DNA of 63,909 bases, filler included, from Octopus bimaculoides (Eukaryota), in NCBI RefSeq assembly GCF_001194135.2. It is 4 parts of 4 records of this genome, joined end to end, with 100 filler letters (N's around TTAATTAATTAA, not from the genome) between each part and the next. Parts side by side here need not be neighbours in the genome. Positions count along the whole stretch, not along the records: positions 1 to 30,877 come from NC_068989.1; positions 30,978 to 51,153 come from NC_068991.1; 2 more parts are not named here. One strand, 5' to 3'. The notes below the pieces were generated by a model. That model did not search any database. It saw nothing but the letters and a program-made list of their open reading frames with translations, and was not told the origin of the DNA. Made by a program: the position numbers and the translations under genes. Below are positions 26,709-40,849 of this stretch, piece by piece. Each line of letters opens with the position of its first letter. Positions within the stretch are counted from its first letter, which is position 1.

Positions 26709-26789
26709 ATGTACACAATAGGTATGCATACTAGTATGTGTATATAAGCGTGTATACATATATATTAATATTTAGACGCTTGTGTTTAA

Positions 26790-26995
26790 GGTGATCTGGT
26801 AGAATCGTTAGCACACCGGGAGAAATGTTTAGTAATATCTTGTCCAGCGTTACATTCTGTCGAAATTACACTAATTGTTTTGTTATTAAATGTCTTTTGT
26901 CCATCCCGTGTCGATAAAATGATTACCAGCTGACGCCGGGGTTGATGTAATCGATTTAACTCATCGCCCTAAATTGCTAGCCTGTACCAAAAAAA
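26790..26995 (+). mobile_element. Diverged SINE family A copy
   Basis: ctggtagaatcgttagcacaccggg...gtcgataaaatgattaccag...gttgatgtaatcga. Confidence 0.7.
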
Positions 26996-27557
26996 TCAAT
27001 ATTTATGTGTATGTTTTAAAAATATTCTTACTGGGTATTGTTCAAAATGGATTTATATTATCTTGCTATTTGTTTGTTCTGCATAATATTTTGATGGAGC
27101 TAATCTATTTTGACGATACTGCCGTGAATATAGTAAAATTGCTGATAGGTTTGAACCAGTTTGTACATCGACAAGTTTAATAAAAAAAAAACGCCTCGTT
27201 TTAATCCAACACGTATCAATGAAACTGAATAGAAAGACCTATGAGAAAGTCCATAAGTATATTCTTGTACTGACATAACACATAGAGTTATGTCATAAAA
27301 TTGTTAACAAGAAAGCAGTCGAATTTATTTTGATATTGAGAGACTGGACAAATCAGGACTGTAATATTTCATTTTATGAACTACTCTGCTTAAATGATGG
27401 AACTTGTGTAATAAATTGCCAACTGCTCATATGATAATAGAAAACTAGAATGAAGACATTAGTCAACGAAAATACTTCTGGCCACTTTGACATTAAACAA
27501 AACGACAAGAATGAAAACAATAATAATAATTATAATTATTATCATTATCCTATAATG

Positions 27558-27607
<50 letters not shown>

Positions 27608-27609
<2 letters not shown>

Positions 27610-27870
27610 GATAGTGCTCACGGGAACTGCCCATATCCTACATAAAATACTGTCTATGTGATCTCAACTTTTAAAGCAAACACATAATTTTCTTATGGTT
27701 TCTTAAACATTCACTTGAACAAAACTGTGCAAATCCAAATATATGGTACCCTAGGCATAACACCTACATGAACTTCTAACTTGTTGTCTCTTGAGGTCTC
27801 TGGGTGAGACGTGCATCCAACTTGTACAAATGCAAAACAAAAGTCAAACATAAAATAATAATAATAATTA
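27608..27870 (+). mobile_element. 3' end of an R4/Dong-like RLE non-LTR element in a (TAA)n array
   Basis: KIVLTGTAHILHKILSM* (27608-27661) matches the GTAxILxKxL C-terminus of RLE LINEs. (TAA)n lies on both sides. Confidence 0.7.
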
Positions 27871-30800
27871 TAGTAATCCCTTTTTGCTATCATATCTCTT
27901 GACTTTTCAAATGAACAATCTAGTATGTTTATTTTAATGGCCTACCAAAGTATTAAGTGACTTCCTTTGCCCTAGGTAACAAAATCGTTTCACCCAATGT
28001 GGGAATTGAAGTTGAGGTATCGACCCGTGAAGAAAGGATCCAAGACATCCGTTTACCGCAAACCAAAAAGTTACGTTAACAACAAAGAAGATGAGGACAA
28101 ATATTCGTCAAATGTAAATAATGTACATAATTCCTCATCTCTGAACTGTAGGACTGTAAGAATTGTTTGGTTTGTCGATTTCTTCAGACACGCTTTATTA
28201 TGTCTAGAGATTATAAAAAAAAAGGAGCTTAACAGAGTGATACAGGAAGAGTTATCAGCGGGTTGAATGCAAATATTAGGCTTGATAACAGGGAATGTGT
28301 TAATGTTGGTTTTATATTTGTGTAACAGTGTTCGTTTTTTCCCGTCCTTGTTTTTGTATACATTCGCTGCTTTCTTCCAAGGAATCTAATGCTCTTAGCT
28401 GAGTTTTTCCTTGGGGCTGACCTGATTGGAGCAATATCGAGAATAACCAGCCGAAATTGCAAGGATAATCTGAATCTCGACTGAAGAGAGAAATCTCCGA
28501 ATGACCTGTCCTTGTTTTCTTTGTATCGTCTATCTGGATGTTTTGCGTTCTTGTCCCATTCTGTATTATTTATATATACATATATATANNNNNNNNNNNN
28601 NNNNNNNNNNNNNNNNNNNNNNNNNNNNNNNNNNNNNNNNNNNNNNNNNNNNNNNNNNNNNNNNNNNNNNNNNNNNNNNNNNNNNNNNNNNNNNNNNNNN
28701 NNNNNNNNNNNNNNNNNNNNNNNNNNNNNNATACACACACAAACTGACAAAGAAAGAATCATGGAGACAGAGGTTGAAGGTGGGAAAGAAGAGATGTAGA
28801 AAATGACAAAGTTATACTAGAAGTGTTACTATCGAGAAGTTTGTTTCCTTGAATTATATTTTAAGGTAATAAATATTTCTCTTTTGAAAAGTAATATCCA
28901 TTTCATCATTTTGTGTAACCACAATGGAATTTGATAAAAGTTAAATTATAATTATTGTATGCATGCTAAAGTTTCTGATATTACTCATGTTCTTAGAAGT
29001 ATTCTCTCAATGCTAACGGTCGAATGACTGATAAAAACTGGAGTGGTTGTAATAATACACAAAAGAAGATACAATATAAAATACTCTTGGCGAAAAATAT
29101 ACAACTTCACACATATATACGCAGGATTACATAGATAATGTACTCACTGAAACAAAGATAGGTGCACTCTATCTCTCTCTCTCTCACGCACACACATACA
29201 GACATACACACACAAACACATTTCTATTCGCTAAAATCAATAAACGACTAATCGCAAATGAAACAATTTTCACTAAGCGATAATCCAAGGAGAAATAGAT
29301 AGATAGATAAATAGATAGTTAGATAGATAAATAGATAGATAGAAAGATAGATAGTTAGATGGATAGATAGATAGTTAGATAGGTAAATAGGTGAGGAATA
29401 AGAGTGAGAGAAATTGAGAGGGAGGGAGAGAAAGAGAGAAATTAAATAAATAGTTTGGAGGCATTTCCTGCGTGAAGATTGAACGGTAAAATAAAATGTG
29501 AGATAGATTAGTTCTTCGTGATGTAAGACAGTACACTGGTGGGTGTATTTGTCGACATGATCTTAAAATGAGCATATTGAATAAACATTAAAAATAATTA
29601 CTTTGTGCTTTCCGTTCAATATTTTTAAATTCATATTTTACTACTGCTGACAAATTTTGCACATATTATTAGTTAACTGGTATCTTTGTCTTTTTCTTCT
29701 TTTTTTTTCAGTATGTGTGCAAGCACATGTTTAAAGAAATATGTTTGTTTCATATCTATGTATAAGAGGATGCATAGAATTATCTAACGCAGCGATAGAA
29801 TTATATATTACTGCAGGGACAGTGGAGATAATCTGAACGCACAATATCATTTTAGTATGTATTGACAAGATTTAGAATTTAATTCAAACACGTTAATGTG
29901 TCATAGAATCGTTCAGCATCCTCGTTCAGCAAGTAGCAAACTGTAACATCTGATAAAGAGCTCCTTGGAAAAGCAAGTTTCACGAGCATCAATCCCCTCC
30001 TCACACTCACCCAGATCCGTAGGTCAAGCTATGTAGTTTGTATGGAATATAATAGAAATCCAAGAAGCTCTTTCTGCGGTGAGCTTAGCACTGGAAAACA
30101 TCTGTACACAGACCATGAAACAGAAAGACTGCATAAAAGCCTGCCTGAAGAAAGTTAGAATCGATGGTAAATGATTGGAAAAAAAAAAAGAAAAAAAATC
30201 TTGGTTGCGAATACATATAAAAAAGGATTGTGGAACATTTGCAGATCATCACCTTGAGCACGAAAGGTTAAATTGTTAGCGTCGGGTGGGCTGTCATCAG
30301 AACATCGATGAGAAGAATGTGCTGCAAGTGTGTAACATGTGGTTACCGTGCTTCTTTTAAAGGCTGGGTATATTATTCGTTTGACGTCCTATAAAAGACT
30401 AAATTTATGCAACGTCCTCACATTTTGCTCAGGTTATTCAACTTGAAGTATAACGTGAATAAGTCGATTTCATGTCTGGAAAGATATATCTCAGTACACA
30501 AGTATCAAATCTTACAAAGTAACATGATTAAATCCACGGCAAGTTATAACAGCTTCACAAACATGCAAATCTGCCAAGAGATTGTGTAACGGGAAATCAG
30601 AAATGTCATTGACAACACAGGGACACAAGGCAATCATCTGCAATCACCATAAATCTATAATTTCGACCGTCACTGGGTTCTTCAAAAATATCGGTCGCGA
30701 ACAAACCATCCCTTGAAACTCAGTTTCAAATTATTTCACTTACAAAACTTGGATTGACGCGGCTCTATAATGAAAACAATTAAACTACATGATGCATGCT

Positions 30801-30877
30801 GGGATTGATCTCGTGATTTCCTGTATTACGACTATCCTTAGCCAACTGGTTCACCTGCATCAATATATATATATATA

Positions 30878-30977
30878 NNNNNNNNNNNNNNNNNNNNNNN
30901 NNNNNNNNNNNNNNNNNNNNNTTAATTAATTAANNNNNNNNNNNNNNNNNNNNNNNNNNNNNNNNNNNNNNNNNNNN
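30878..30977. other. Artificial scaffold join (44 N + TTAATTAATTAA + 44 N)
   Basis: Exactly 100 bp. The 12-mer gives stops in all six frames, and the same layout recurs twice more. Confidence 0.9.
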
Positions 30978-31071
30978 TTTTTTTTTTTTTTGTCAAGAGT
31001 TTGTGTATTATTGGTGTTGTTGCTGTTATTTGGCTTTGGCGGGAATTTTAATTTCAAATCCTGTCACGGTG

Positions 31072-31102
<31 letters not shown>

Positions 31103-31252
31103 TTCTCATCATTCCGAGGTTTGATTAAAAAAAACATATAATTACCATCAACCAATCAAGAATCGAGAGGGTGGGTGTTGGAATTCAATCAACTAACTTC
31201 TTCCTTCCTTCCTTGCCAAAATTTGTTTCCTTGTGCCTATGTTAGAAAATAA

Positions 31253-31495
31253 TCACTATTATTATTATATCATGAAAACTCTCAGCTTCATTTTGCTGGG
31301 TGTGATGGAAAGTGTCAGCTGTCCACAGCCAGCAGACTAAGGATGACACTTGTTTTAGTGGCCATGCTTCAAGAACCCTGCACAAAATTCTTGCAGTTCC
31401 AAGCAATGATGATTTTTCTATATGTTCTATTTTTGACATTTGTTCTAATTTTTTTCGAGCCACGTTCGTAGTTGGATAATGATACTTCCAAGCAC
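31253..31495 (-). mobile_element. 3' end of a second R4/Dong-like RLE non-LTR element
   Basis: Reverse translation KIEHIEKSSLLGTARILCRVLEA. Flanked by TAA/GAT repeats. Confidence 0.75.
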
Positions 31496-31533
31496 AATTA
31501 TAATTATCATAGTCATCATCATCATCATCATCA

Positions 31534-31582
<49 letters not shown>

Positions 31583-32433
31583 GGTGGCGAGCTGGCACAA
31601 TCGTTAGCATACTNNNNNNNNNNNNNNNNNNNNNNNNNNNNNNNNNNNNNNNNNNNNNNNNNNNNNNNNNNNNNNNNNNNNNNNNNNNNNNNNNNNNNNN
31701 NNNNNNNNNNNNNNNNNNNNNNNNNNNNNNNNNNNNNNNNNNNNNNNNNNNNNNNNNNNNNNNNNNNNNNNNNNNNNNNNNNNNNNNNNNNNNNNNNNNN
31801 NNNNNNNNNNNNNNNNNNNNNNNNNNNNNNNNNNNNNNNNNNNNNNNNNNNNNNNNNNNNNNNNNNNNNNNNNNNNNNNNNNNNNNNNNNNNNNNNNNNN
31901 NNNNNNNNNNNNNNNNNNNNNNNNNNNNNNNNNNNNNNNNNNNNNNNNNNNNNNNNNNNNNNNNNNNNNNNNNNNNNNNNNNNNNNNNNNNNNNNNNNNN
32001 NNNNNNNNNNNNNNNNNNNNNNNNNNNNNNNNNNNNNNNNNNNNNNNNNNNNNNNNNNNNNNNNNNNNNNNNNNNNNNNNNNNNNNNNNNNNNNNNNNNN
32101 NNNNNNNNNNNNNNNNNNNNNNNNNNNNNNNNNNNNNNNNNNNNNNNNNNNNNNNNNNNNNNNNNNNNNNNNNNNNNNNNNNNNNNNNNNNNNNNNNNNN
32201 NNNNNNNNNNNNNNNNNNNNNNNNNNNNNNNNNNNNNNNNNNNNNNNNNNNNNNNNNNNNNNNNNNNNNNNNNNNNNNNNNNNNNNNNNNNNNNNNNNNN
32301 NNNNNNNNNNNNNNNNNNNNNNNNNNNNNNNNNNNNNNNNNNNNNNNNNNNNNNTTTTTCTCCTTTTTATTTTTCTCCTGATTTTTATTTTTGTATAATG
32401 GTGTACTTAACTTTCCCTTACAGTATTGTCATC

Positions 32434-32478
<45 letters not shown>

Positions 32479-33194
32479 AAGGGTTTGATTCCCTCGTGTA
32501 CTAATGTCTTATGTCTTTAGGGGTTTGTGGTAGCCTGACATTAGACTATTTTGTATAATCAATATACAGTAAAAGCTTATAATTCTAGTTACATACATAC
32601 ACACACATCTATGTATATATGCACATATATACATACACACACACATATATATTTGTTTATATAAGCATTTGTGTGTATGTGGATATATATATGTGTGTAG
32701 GTGTATGTATGTATATATGTATATATATCTATATATATATATATAATTTTATCACTGACACACCTTATCTCATATCAATGAAAATAGTTTTTTGTTGCAA
32801 TATTTTCCAACCAAAATAACACGGTAGTGTGGCAGAAAAACAATAAGAAACACCTTGACTAATTAAAATATTAAAATACCTTTGCACTATTTTTTATCAT
32901 TATTTTTTGTAACACTTACCTCTCCCATGAACTGAATTCCATCAAGGTCTTTACTTTGCCTCTCATTCTCTCAAGAGGCAACGATGGCGCTGTTGAAGAT
33001 GGTTGGTAAAATTATTGTCACATCTATCGCATGGAATGGTGACGATTTCATCAGCTGTACATCATGCAAAAGTGCTGATTCCATCATCTATGATTCCATC
33101 CAGCTAAGCACCTTGCATTGACATTAATTCCACCAGCTCTGCATTTTGTATTGCTTGCAATTCTATCAGCCATTCACCGTGTATTGGTACTGGT

Positions 33195-33400
33195 TCCGTC
33201 AGCTGCGCACCATCTGCAGGTGTTGATTCTATCATCTGTGCACCATCTGCAGATGTTGATTCCATCAGCTGTGCACCATCTGCAGGTGTTGATTCCATCA
33301 TCTGCACACCATCTGCAGATGTTGATTCCATCAGCTGTGCACCATCTGCAGGTGTCAATTCCATCAGCTGCCCTTCATTTGCAGGTGTTGATTCCTTCAA
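33195..33400. repeat. 33-bp minisatellite (unit approx. catcagctgtgcaccatctgcaggtgttgattc), with more diverged units back to about 33045
   Basis: About 6 visible units. It yields an 11-aa periodic ORF (MESTPADGAQL) on the minus strand. Confidence 0.9.
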
Positions 33401-34018
33401 CTGTTGCAACCACTAACCCTCTCACTGTATCTTTACAAATTCTTATCACCTTGCACTGGCGTAAGGGATCTTCATGTTACCATATCCCATCGCACTGGCT
33501 AAGACGGGGAAAATGTCCAGCACCTACCAATATACCTCAAAGTATTCCATCTCATCTCTAGGTGTATTTTTGTTGTTGTATTTGTGTGTTTATTTTTTTA
33601 GTCTCGAATCCCAGCTGCTGTTAACTTCACTTTTCGTCTTCTGGGTGGAGGGGGAGTAAGTAAGTTGGAAAAGAAGGAAGGGGATGAGTAGATCAACAGC
33701 ATACATACCAGTAATATACTGGGGTAGAGGGTTTAATCTAGTCAACTGTATCACCTTATCCCTCCTCTTTCTCACTCCCTCACTTTCTTGCTCTCCTTCT
33801 CTCTGCCTATCTTCTCTTCCTTCCTTCCTTCCTTCCTCTCTCTCTCTCTCTTCCTTTTTCTCCTTCCTTTTTCCACTGTCTCTTCCTTATTTTGTTGGTG
33901 TCAATTGACGTAGAAGCTCACCGACATTGTATATCACCCAATTTTTCAGCTGTTGAGTTAACACATCTCTAGTGTTAGTTGGCAAAGAAGCACTTTAATG
34001 CATGTGTCTATGTACACA

Positions 34019-34058
<40 letters not shown>

Positions 34059-34857
34059 TATATGTTTATACTCACAGATCTACATACACACACACACATA
34101 TATATACACGTACATACTTATATAGTTGTCAGAAACTCTCAGGAGAGCTGAATGCAATTGGAGCTTGGTGCAGCCCTGTGACATGGCAAATCCTGTCAAA
34201 CTATCCAACCCATGCCAGCATATGTTATGATTTTGATGATGAAAATGATTTCTTATTTGTACCATGGAAATGGTATTCTATGAATTGTGTCAAGGGTCTG
34301 AAAGAGCTGAAACTGTAATATTTGCAATCTACAATCCAATATTTCTTCACTTTACTGTCAAGGTTCAAAAATATACCCTCTGCAATTACAACCCTCTGAC
34401 TCTTTCATGTAAATGTATTTCAGTGACAAACTGAATTTTTAATAATGTCAGAAGCAGCACTAATTTCTGAAAGTATCGTCAAGTTACCAACGTATAATTA
34501 AGCTTAGAACCCATGGCACATTTGCTCTGCAGTTGTAAACTGTATGTCTCCTCTCAGCATCACAAGGCCTAAGTAGATTAATTTTCTTAAGGGTTTCAAA
34601 GGATTATGGAACCACATTGTTTGATAACCATATTATTGTGTTATCAAAAACTTAGGTGTGTGTGTGTGAATTTCCCAACAAGCCATTGATTCTCTTAATT
34701 CGAGAAGTTGTCTGATGAACATGGGAGTTACATAATGTATTATGTAATCTAAATAATTGTATTAGGATTACATCAAAATAAAATCTCCTAATGAAACAAT
34801 TGTAGCAACACTCGGAAACCATTCATCTATTTTTATTATATATATTTATATTTCAAA

Positions 34858-35017
34858 CGCATGGCATTAGGAAGGGCATCCAGCTGTAGAAACTCTGCCA
34901 GATCAGATTGGAGCCTGGTGCAGCCTTCTGGCTTGCCAGTCCTCAGTCAAATCGTCCAACCCATGCTAGCATGGAAAGCAGACATTAAACGATGATGATG
35001 ATGATGATGATGATGAT
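34858..35017 (+). mobile_element. 3' end of a SINE/LINE-tail family with (GAT)n tail
   Basis: ggaagggcatccagctgtagaaac...ccaacccatgctagcatggaaagcagacattaaacgatgatgat. A degenerate copy is at 34150-34250. Confidence 0.75.
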
Positions 35018-36519
35018 ATTTATATATCAAAGCAGTGGAGATCTCTCTGATCCAGGCTTGCAAATCTGTAGCACTTCATGTCAAGTTTTGGCTAACAAAG
35101 TGCCCAAAAGGAGTATCAACAATACTATTCATTAATCAACAAATTACCGAATTATTAATCAATTAGTAATAATTAATCACTCAGCAAATTCAAGCATTGT
35201 ATAACAACTAATTGTAGTACATCTACCACTGACCAAATAATTCCTTATTCACTTATTGTGTGTGTGTGTTTGATTCATTTTACTTATGAATTTGTTTTAG
35301 TGTTTTGTCTTTGTAATAGAATAGCGTATAAGCATTCTTTGCCTTGCCAAGCGATACATCTTAGTGACAGTAAAGAAATAGCAAGTTTAAAATTAAACTA
35401 AAATGCCAACAGCTTCTTTACATAATCCCCCTGCTTTTTTTTTTTTAAATTTACCTTTTTGCTCGCTTTATTGTCACCAGGATTTGAAATGGTGGCCCGT
35501 GTAAAGGCCTCACTGTTATAGCTAAAAATAACAGTAAACTCATCCCTCGAATCATAAAAAGAAAGGATGCATTGGATTGTTATTTATAGGGGCTTCTTAT
35601 CTTCTTACCTACTGGTTTGCTTGTTTGCCAGCATCCTAGAGCCTCTATTTTCTCTCTGCCCTCCCATTCACTCTCCTCCTTAGATCAGTGATTAAAATAT
35701 TATGACTGCTTATTGGCCCCTTGCTCATGGAGACCATATCCATTATCAACAGAAAGATTAAATAGCTTACCAAGTTTACCCGAAGGAGTTAACTGTGGTA
35801 AATTAATTTCTTGTATCTAGATGAGATCTCTCACCTGCTCAACACAGCCAGAGGCCATAATTTTCTTCAGCCTAGTCATCTGTCCATATATTTAAATTTT
35901 CTTCAAAATAGCAATACCCTGACTAGTGCTTGGGGAAACCTGCCTTGTGTGTATGTGAATGTGTGTGACATGACTCACTCTGTTCAAACATATATAAATG
36001 TATATATATATATATATGTCAATTGTATGTTAATCATTCATGTGTTATTTATTTATGATTCATCAAACAAAGTTATAAAATATTTAAATAATGTCCAAAC
36101 GTCTCCTGATCAGAATCCCACACACATCTCATACCATTTTTGTGATTGTTACATGACATTCTGATTGCATGTACAATATCTCACATTTTGGATCTTAATT
36201 TTTTCCCCCCAACCTTGTTGTAATAAATTGGCCAATGGAGCATACGAAGCTTTTTAAACAAACTTCTTTAAGAAAATTATCCAAAAAGTAGTCAGACAGA
36301 TGAGGAGCAGCTCATTGTAGGGGCAGCACAGACATGTGACAGACCATATATATTTATCTAGTGATCTGGGAATTGTTCGTTAAGGAGAGCCCTTACATTC
36401 AGCCCCTAGTAGTATGGGGTATCGCTGTGTCAGAGAAATCTTGATTTTTGCGGAATTTGTTTCTTTTGCTTTGCATAGCAACTTTAGAAAATGTAAGAAT
36501 ATAAATGTTTTTAATATCA

Positions 36520-36678
36520 GGAGTGGTTGTGTGGTAAGTAGCTTGCTTACCAACCACATGGTTCCGGGTTCAGTCCCACTGCGTGGTACCTTGGGCAAGT
36601 GTCTTCTACTATAGCCTCGGGCCGACCAAAGCCTTGTGAGTGGATTTGGTAGATGGAAACTGAAAGAAGCCCATCGTA

Positions 36679-36739
<61 letters not shown>

Positions 36740-36955
36740 GTGTGTATATGTTATGTATCTGTGTTTGTCCCACCAACATTGCTTGACAACCGATGCTGGT
36801 GTGTTTAGGTTCCCGTAACTTAGCGGTTCGGCAAAAGAGACTGATAGAATAAGTACTAGCCTTACAAAGAATAAGTTCCTGGGGTCGATTTGATTTGACT
36901 TAAAGGCGGTGCTCCAGCATGGCCGCAGTCAAAATGACTGAAACAAGTAAAAGAG
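36520..36955 (+). mobile_element. Full-length tRNA-derived SINE family D with internal (TA)n
   Basis: ggagtggttgtgtggtaag (A box) and ggttcagtccc (B box). Partial copies are at 47910-48062, 53870-54040 and 60874-61035. Confidence 0.9.
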
Positions 36956-39134
36956 AGTAACAGAGAGATAGGATTTTGGTTGGTTGTTTCTATTGTTTTT
37001 TCTTTTGTTTTTTTTTGTACTTGCTGGGTCTGAAGGAAAGAAGGGGCAGTGCCCATAATCTTTACATTGCCCATGATCTTTGCATGCCATCTGAGACCGG
37101 TGAGCGCCAATATGATGTTGTTAGTTTTAACTAACAAAAATTGACACCAGCAGAAAAGAGTTTCCAGAAGGTCAATGTTCTGCAGAGGGTGGACTAAGCC
37201 CCTGGCAGGAGCAGTTGGAAACAAGAGTGATGAGATGGGTGGAGAAAAAATATATTGGTAGTGCTTGCGTGGGAAAAGCACAAGACCAGTGAGTCAGTTA
37301 TCAATTTGTATTTAATTGAGCAGAGCTCATGACACATGGGAAACTCATACTGAATGGCAATCTCCATGCAGTTCTTGCATTTTCCATTCTTTGGCTAGTA
37401 GCAGCAGACAGGCTTTTGGGCCAATAAGGCTGCTTCTAATGGGTTGGTTATTCAAATTGCTAGAAATAGCATCCAGTTCATCCTCAGATTACAGCTCACT
37501 GCCTTAAAAAGAAAAAAAGGAAAATGAGTCTGGAAAAGTAAGGGTTTATGGCATAATGGTTAGAGTGTTGCACTTACAATTTTAAGGTCTTGGTTTCAAT
37601 TCCCAAACTGAGCAGTGTGTTGTGTTCTTGAGCGAAACACTTCATTTCATGTTTTTTTCCAGCCTGCTCAGCTGCAAATGAATTCCAGCATTATCTGGGA
37701 AGTTAAACCTGCTGCAAACTAGTGTTCCATCCTGGGGAGAGTCGCTTATATGCTATGCAAACTGGGTTTCGCTCTTGCTTTATGAGTCTTAGGATTCATG
37801 AAAGAAAGAGAATGGAGATTATGACAAAAAGAAAAAAAGAAAAAATACATACATGGTCATGACTGAAACATTTGAACATGGGTCTACATGTTTGGGGCCC
37901 GATGAAGTAGGGAAACTATAACAACAACAACAGACATACGGACTGACAGATGGGTAGACAACAAGCTTCTTTTTCGCTTCTGTTTGAAACTTGCTAGATT
38001 AAAACAAATGTCACTGTGTCATGTGCTTGACGCTAGCATTTGAGGTCACATATCTTAAATGATGTTATTGATGATGATGATGGGATGAAGATCATGGCAG
38101 TAATGATGATGATGATGATGATGATGACGATGTTTGATGATTTAAAAGTTCCAACAACTTCACAATATTTCCATTTATTGGATGATAATCTCAGGTTTAG
38201 ATTCTTTAACAACATCTGTTATAGAGACCATACCCCCATATACTAATTGATGTGTAGCCATACATACATACATACATATTATGCCTGGTGTTGATTTATT
38301 ATTTTAGAATCAGCAAAATCTGTATTTCTTCCATTTCTGTTGCCCTGATGTACCAAACTAATTGATGTACCAAACTAATTTAAGATAAACCATGCACACC
38401 CCACCAGCAACATCACCACCACCAGCACCACCATTAAATTCTTCAGCATGTAATNNNNNNNNNNNNNNNNNNNNNNNNNNNNNNNNNNNNNNNNNNNNNN
38501 NNNNNNNNNNATGTAATATAGGGCTCTACAAGCAACCCCACCACCACCACCACCACCGCCACCACCAACCACAGCACCAGCATTACCACTGAATTCATCA
38601 GGTAATTAAGAGCTTTGCTTACGAACGTTTCAAATGGCTTGGGGGAACTATATCCGCATCATACAATGGTTTGATGCTTAATGATTGAATGAATGAATTT
38701 GTTAGTGGAACAGTTATCCTCCAATCATTTTCACCAGAGCATAGCAGCTATCCAGACCAAAATACAAAAGAATAGTGTAGAGCGGGACAAAACACTATCC
38801 GGACATGAGGGGGTGGCCATCGTGAAGAGGTTTGAGGATTCAGGTCCAAACCCCAACACCAGAACAGGAGTGTTGGTTTTTTGCATAGATGAAAGCAATA
38901 TTGATGCTTAGTGGTGGCTTTTGTTGTTGTTGGTAGTGGAGATATTGTTATTGTGTTGCCCCTATGTCGCAGCTGACTGAAAGGATGCTTATGTAACATG
39001 GTTAAGAAAGTATGATGGAATCTGAGAGATGAGGGCTTTAAATACTACCTTGGTCAACTTGTAAGCTTGTTTAGATTGTCCAATAGTTATTTTCAAGTGG
39101 TGGTCATTATCGTGTATGTGTGTATATACATATG

Positions 39135-39179
<45 letters not shown>

Positions 39180-40815
39180 ATATATGTGTGTGTGTATGAG
39201 GTGGGGCGATCCAACAAAATTACTACTCTTATGAAACCAAATTTAAAAAAAACAATGTTTTTCTCAAAGTTTACACACAAAATTTAATCTAATGAAATCA
39301 TTGACACAAATTAATTAGCTGATTAACTAAACGAGTTGTTTGTTTTCTTTTTCTTTATTTTCATTTTTGGTAAGGATTTTNNNNNNNNNNNNNNNNNNNN
39401 NNNNNNNNNNNNNNNNNNNNNNNNNNNNNNNNNNNNNNNNNNNNNNNNNNNNNNNNNNNNNNNNNNNNNNNNNNNNNNNNNNNNNNNNNNNNNNNNNNNN
39501 NNNNNNNNNNNNNNNNNNNNNNNNNNNNNNNNNNNNNNNNNNNNNNNNNNNNNNNNNNNNNNNNNNNNNNNNNNNNNNNNNNNNNNNNNNNNNNNNNNNN
39601 NNNNNNNNNNNNNNNNNNNNNNNNNNNNNNNNNNNNNNNNNNNNNNNNNNNNNNNNNNNNNNNNNNNNNNNNNNNNNNNNNNNNNNNNNNNNNNNNNNNN
39701 NNNNNNNNNNNNNNNNNNNNNNNNNNNNNNNNNNNNNNNNNNNNNNNNNNNNNNNNNNNNNNNNNNNNNNNNNNNNNNNNNNNNNNNNNNNNNNNNNNNN
39801 NNNNNNNNNNNNNNNNNNNNNNNNNNNNNNNNNNNNNNNNNNNNNNNNNNNNNNNNNNNNNNNNNNNNNNNNNNNNNNNNNNNNNNNNNNNNNNNNNNNN
39901 NNNNNNNNNNNNNNNNNNNNNNNNNNNNNNNNNNNNNNNNNNNNNNNNNNNNNNNNNNNNNNNNNNNNNNNNNNNNNNNNNNNNNNNNNNNNNNNNNNNN
40001 NNNNNNNNNNNNNNNNNNNNNNNNNNNNNNNNNNNNNNNNNNNNNNNNNNNNNNNNNNNNNNNNNNNNNNNNNNNNNNNNNNNNNNNNNNNNNNNNNNNN
40101 NNNNNNNNNNNNNNNNNNNNNNNNNNNNNNNNNNNNNNNNNNNNNNATAGGCATACATATACAAAATATATTTGTAATTTATTTTCCATCACCAACTACC
40201 CAAACCTTCGTACCTCCTGGGAGAGGGAGGTGACACACTCACTGTTATTATTATTATTTTTTTTTTAAATTATATAATTTCACCTACATTCTTTTACTCT
40301 GGGTAGATGAACGCACTTTATGTAAATACACTCGAAAAGAAGAAAAAAAAAATACATTGGGAAAAAAAAAAACTGAAACAAACCAAAAAAACAAGCTGTG
40401 TTCTAATTTTATACTGTATTCTGTCAAGTGGACAATCATATCACTTTCTAGTGAAATTTTTATTGGGGTGTTTTTGCCATCAGCAAATTACATCTTGATT
40501 CACTTTTTAAAAAAATTTTATTTTAAAGTATGGCTGTAGTAAGCACTTTTGCACACAATGTATATACAGACAGATACACACAAGCATATATATGTATATA
40601 TACACATATGCATACACACACACACACATCCGTGTTTATATAATTGTGTTAGTATGATTTTTACCAGTTGCATTCCCATTGGACACAACATGGCTTCTAC
40701 ATTTCCTTTGTGTGTATGTATATATGTATGTATATGTTTGCTTGCTTACATGAACTTGCTGTGTATATAATATAAGTTACTATATATACACGCCTAAAAT
40801 TTTGTTAATGTTTCC

Positions 40816-40849
<34 letters not shown>

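Noticed and set aside
2398-36955. tRNA genes or CRISPR arrays
   Set aside because: The tRNA-like segments are SINE heads without a complete cloverleaf. No repeat-spacer array exists and the DNA is eukaryotic.
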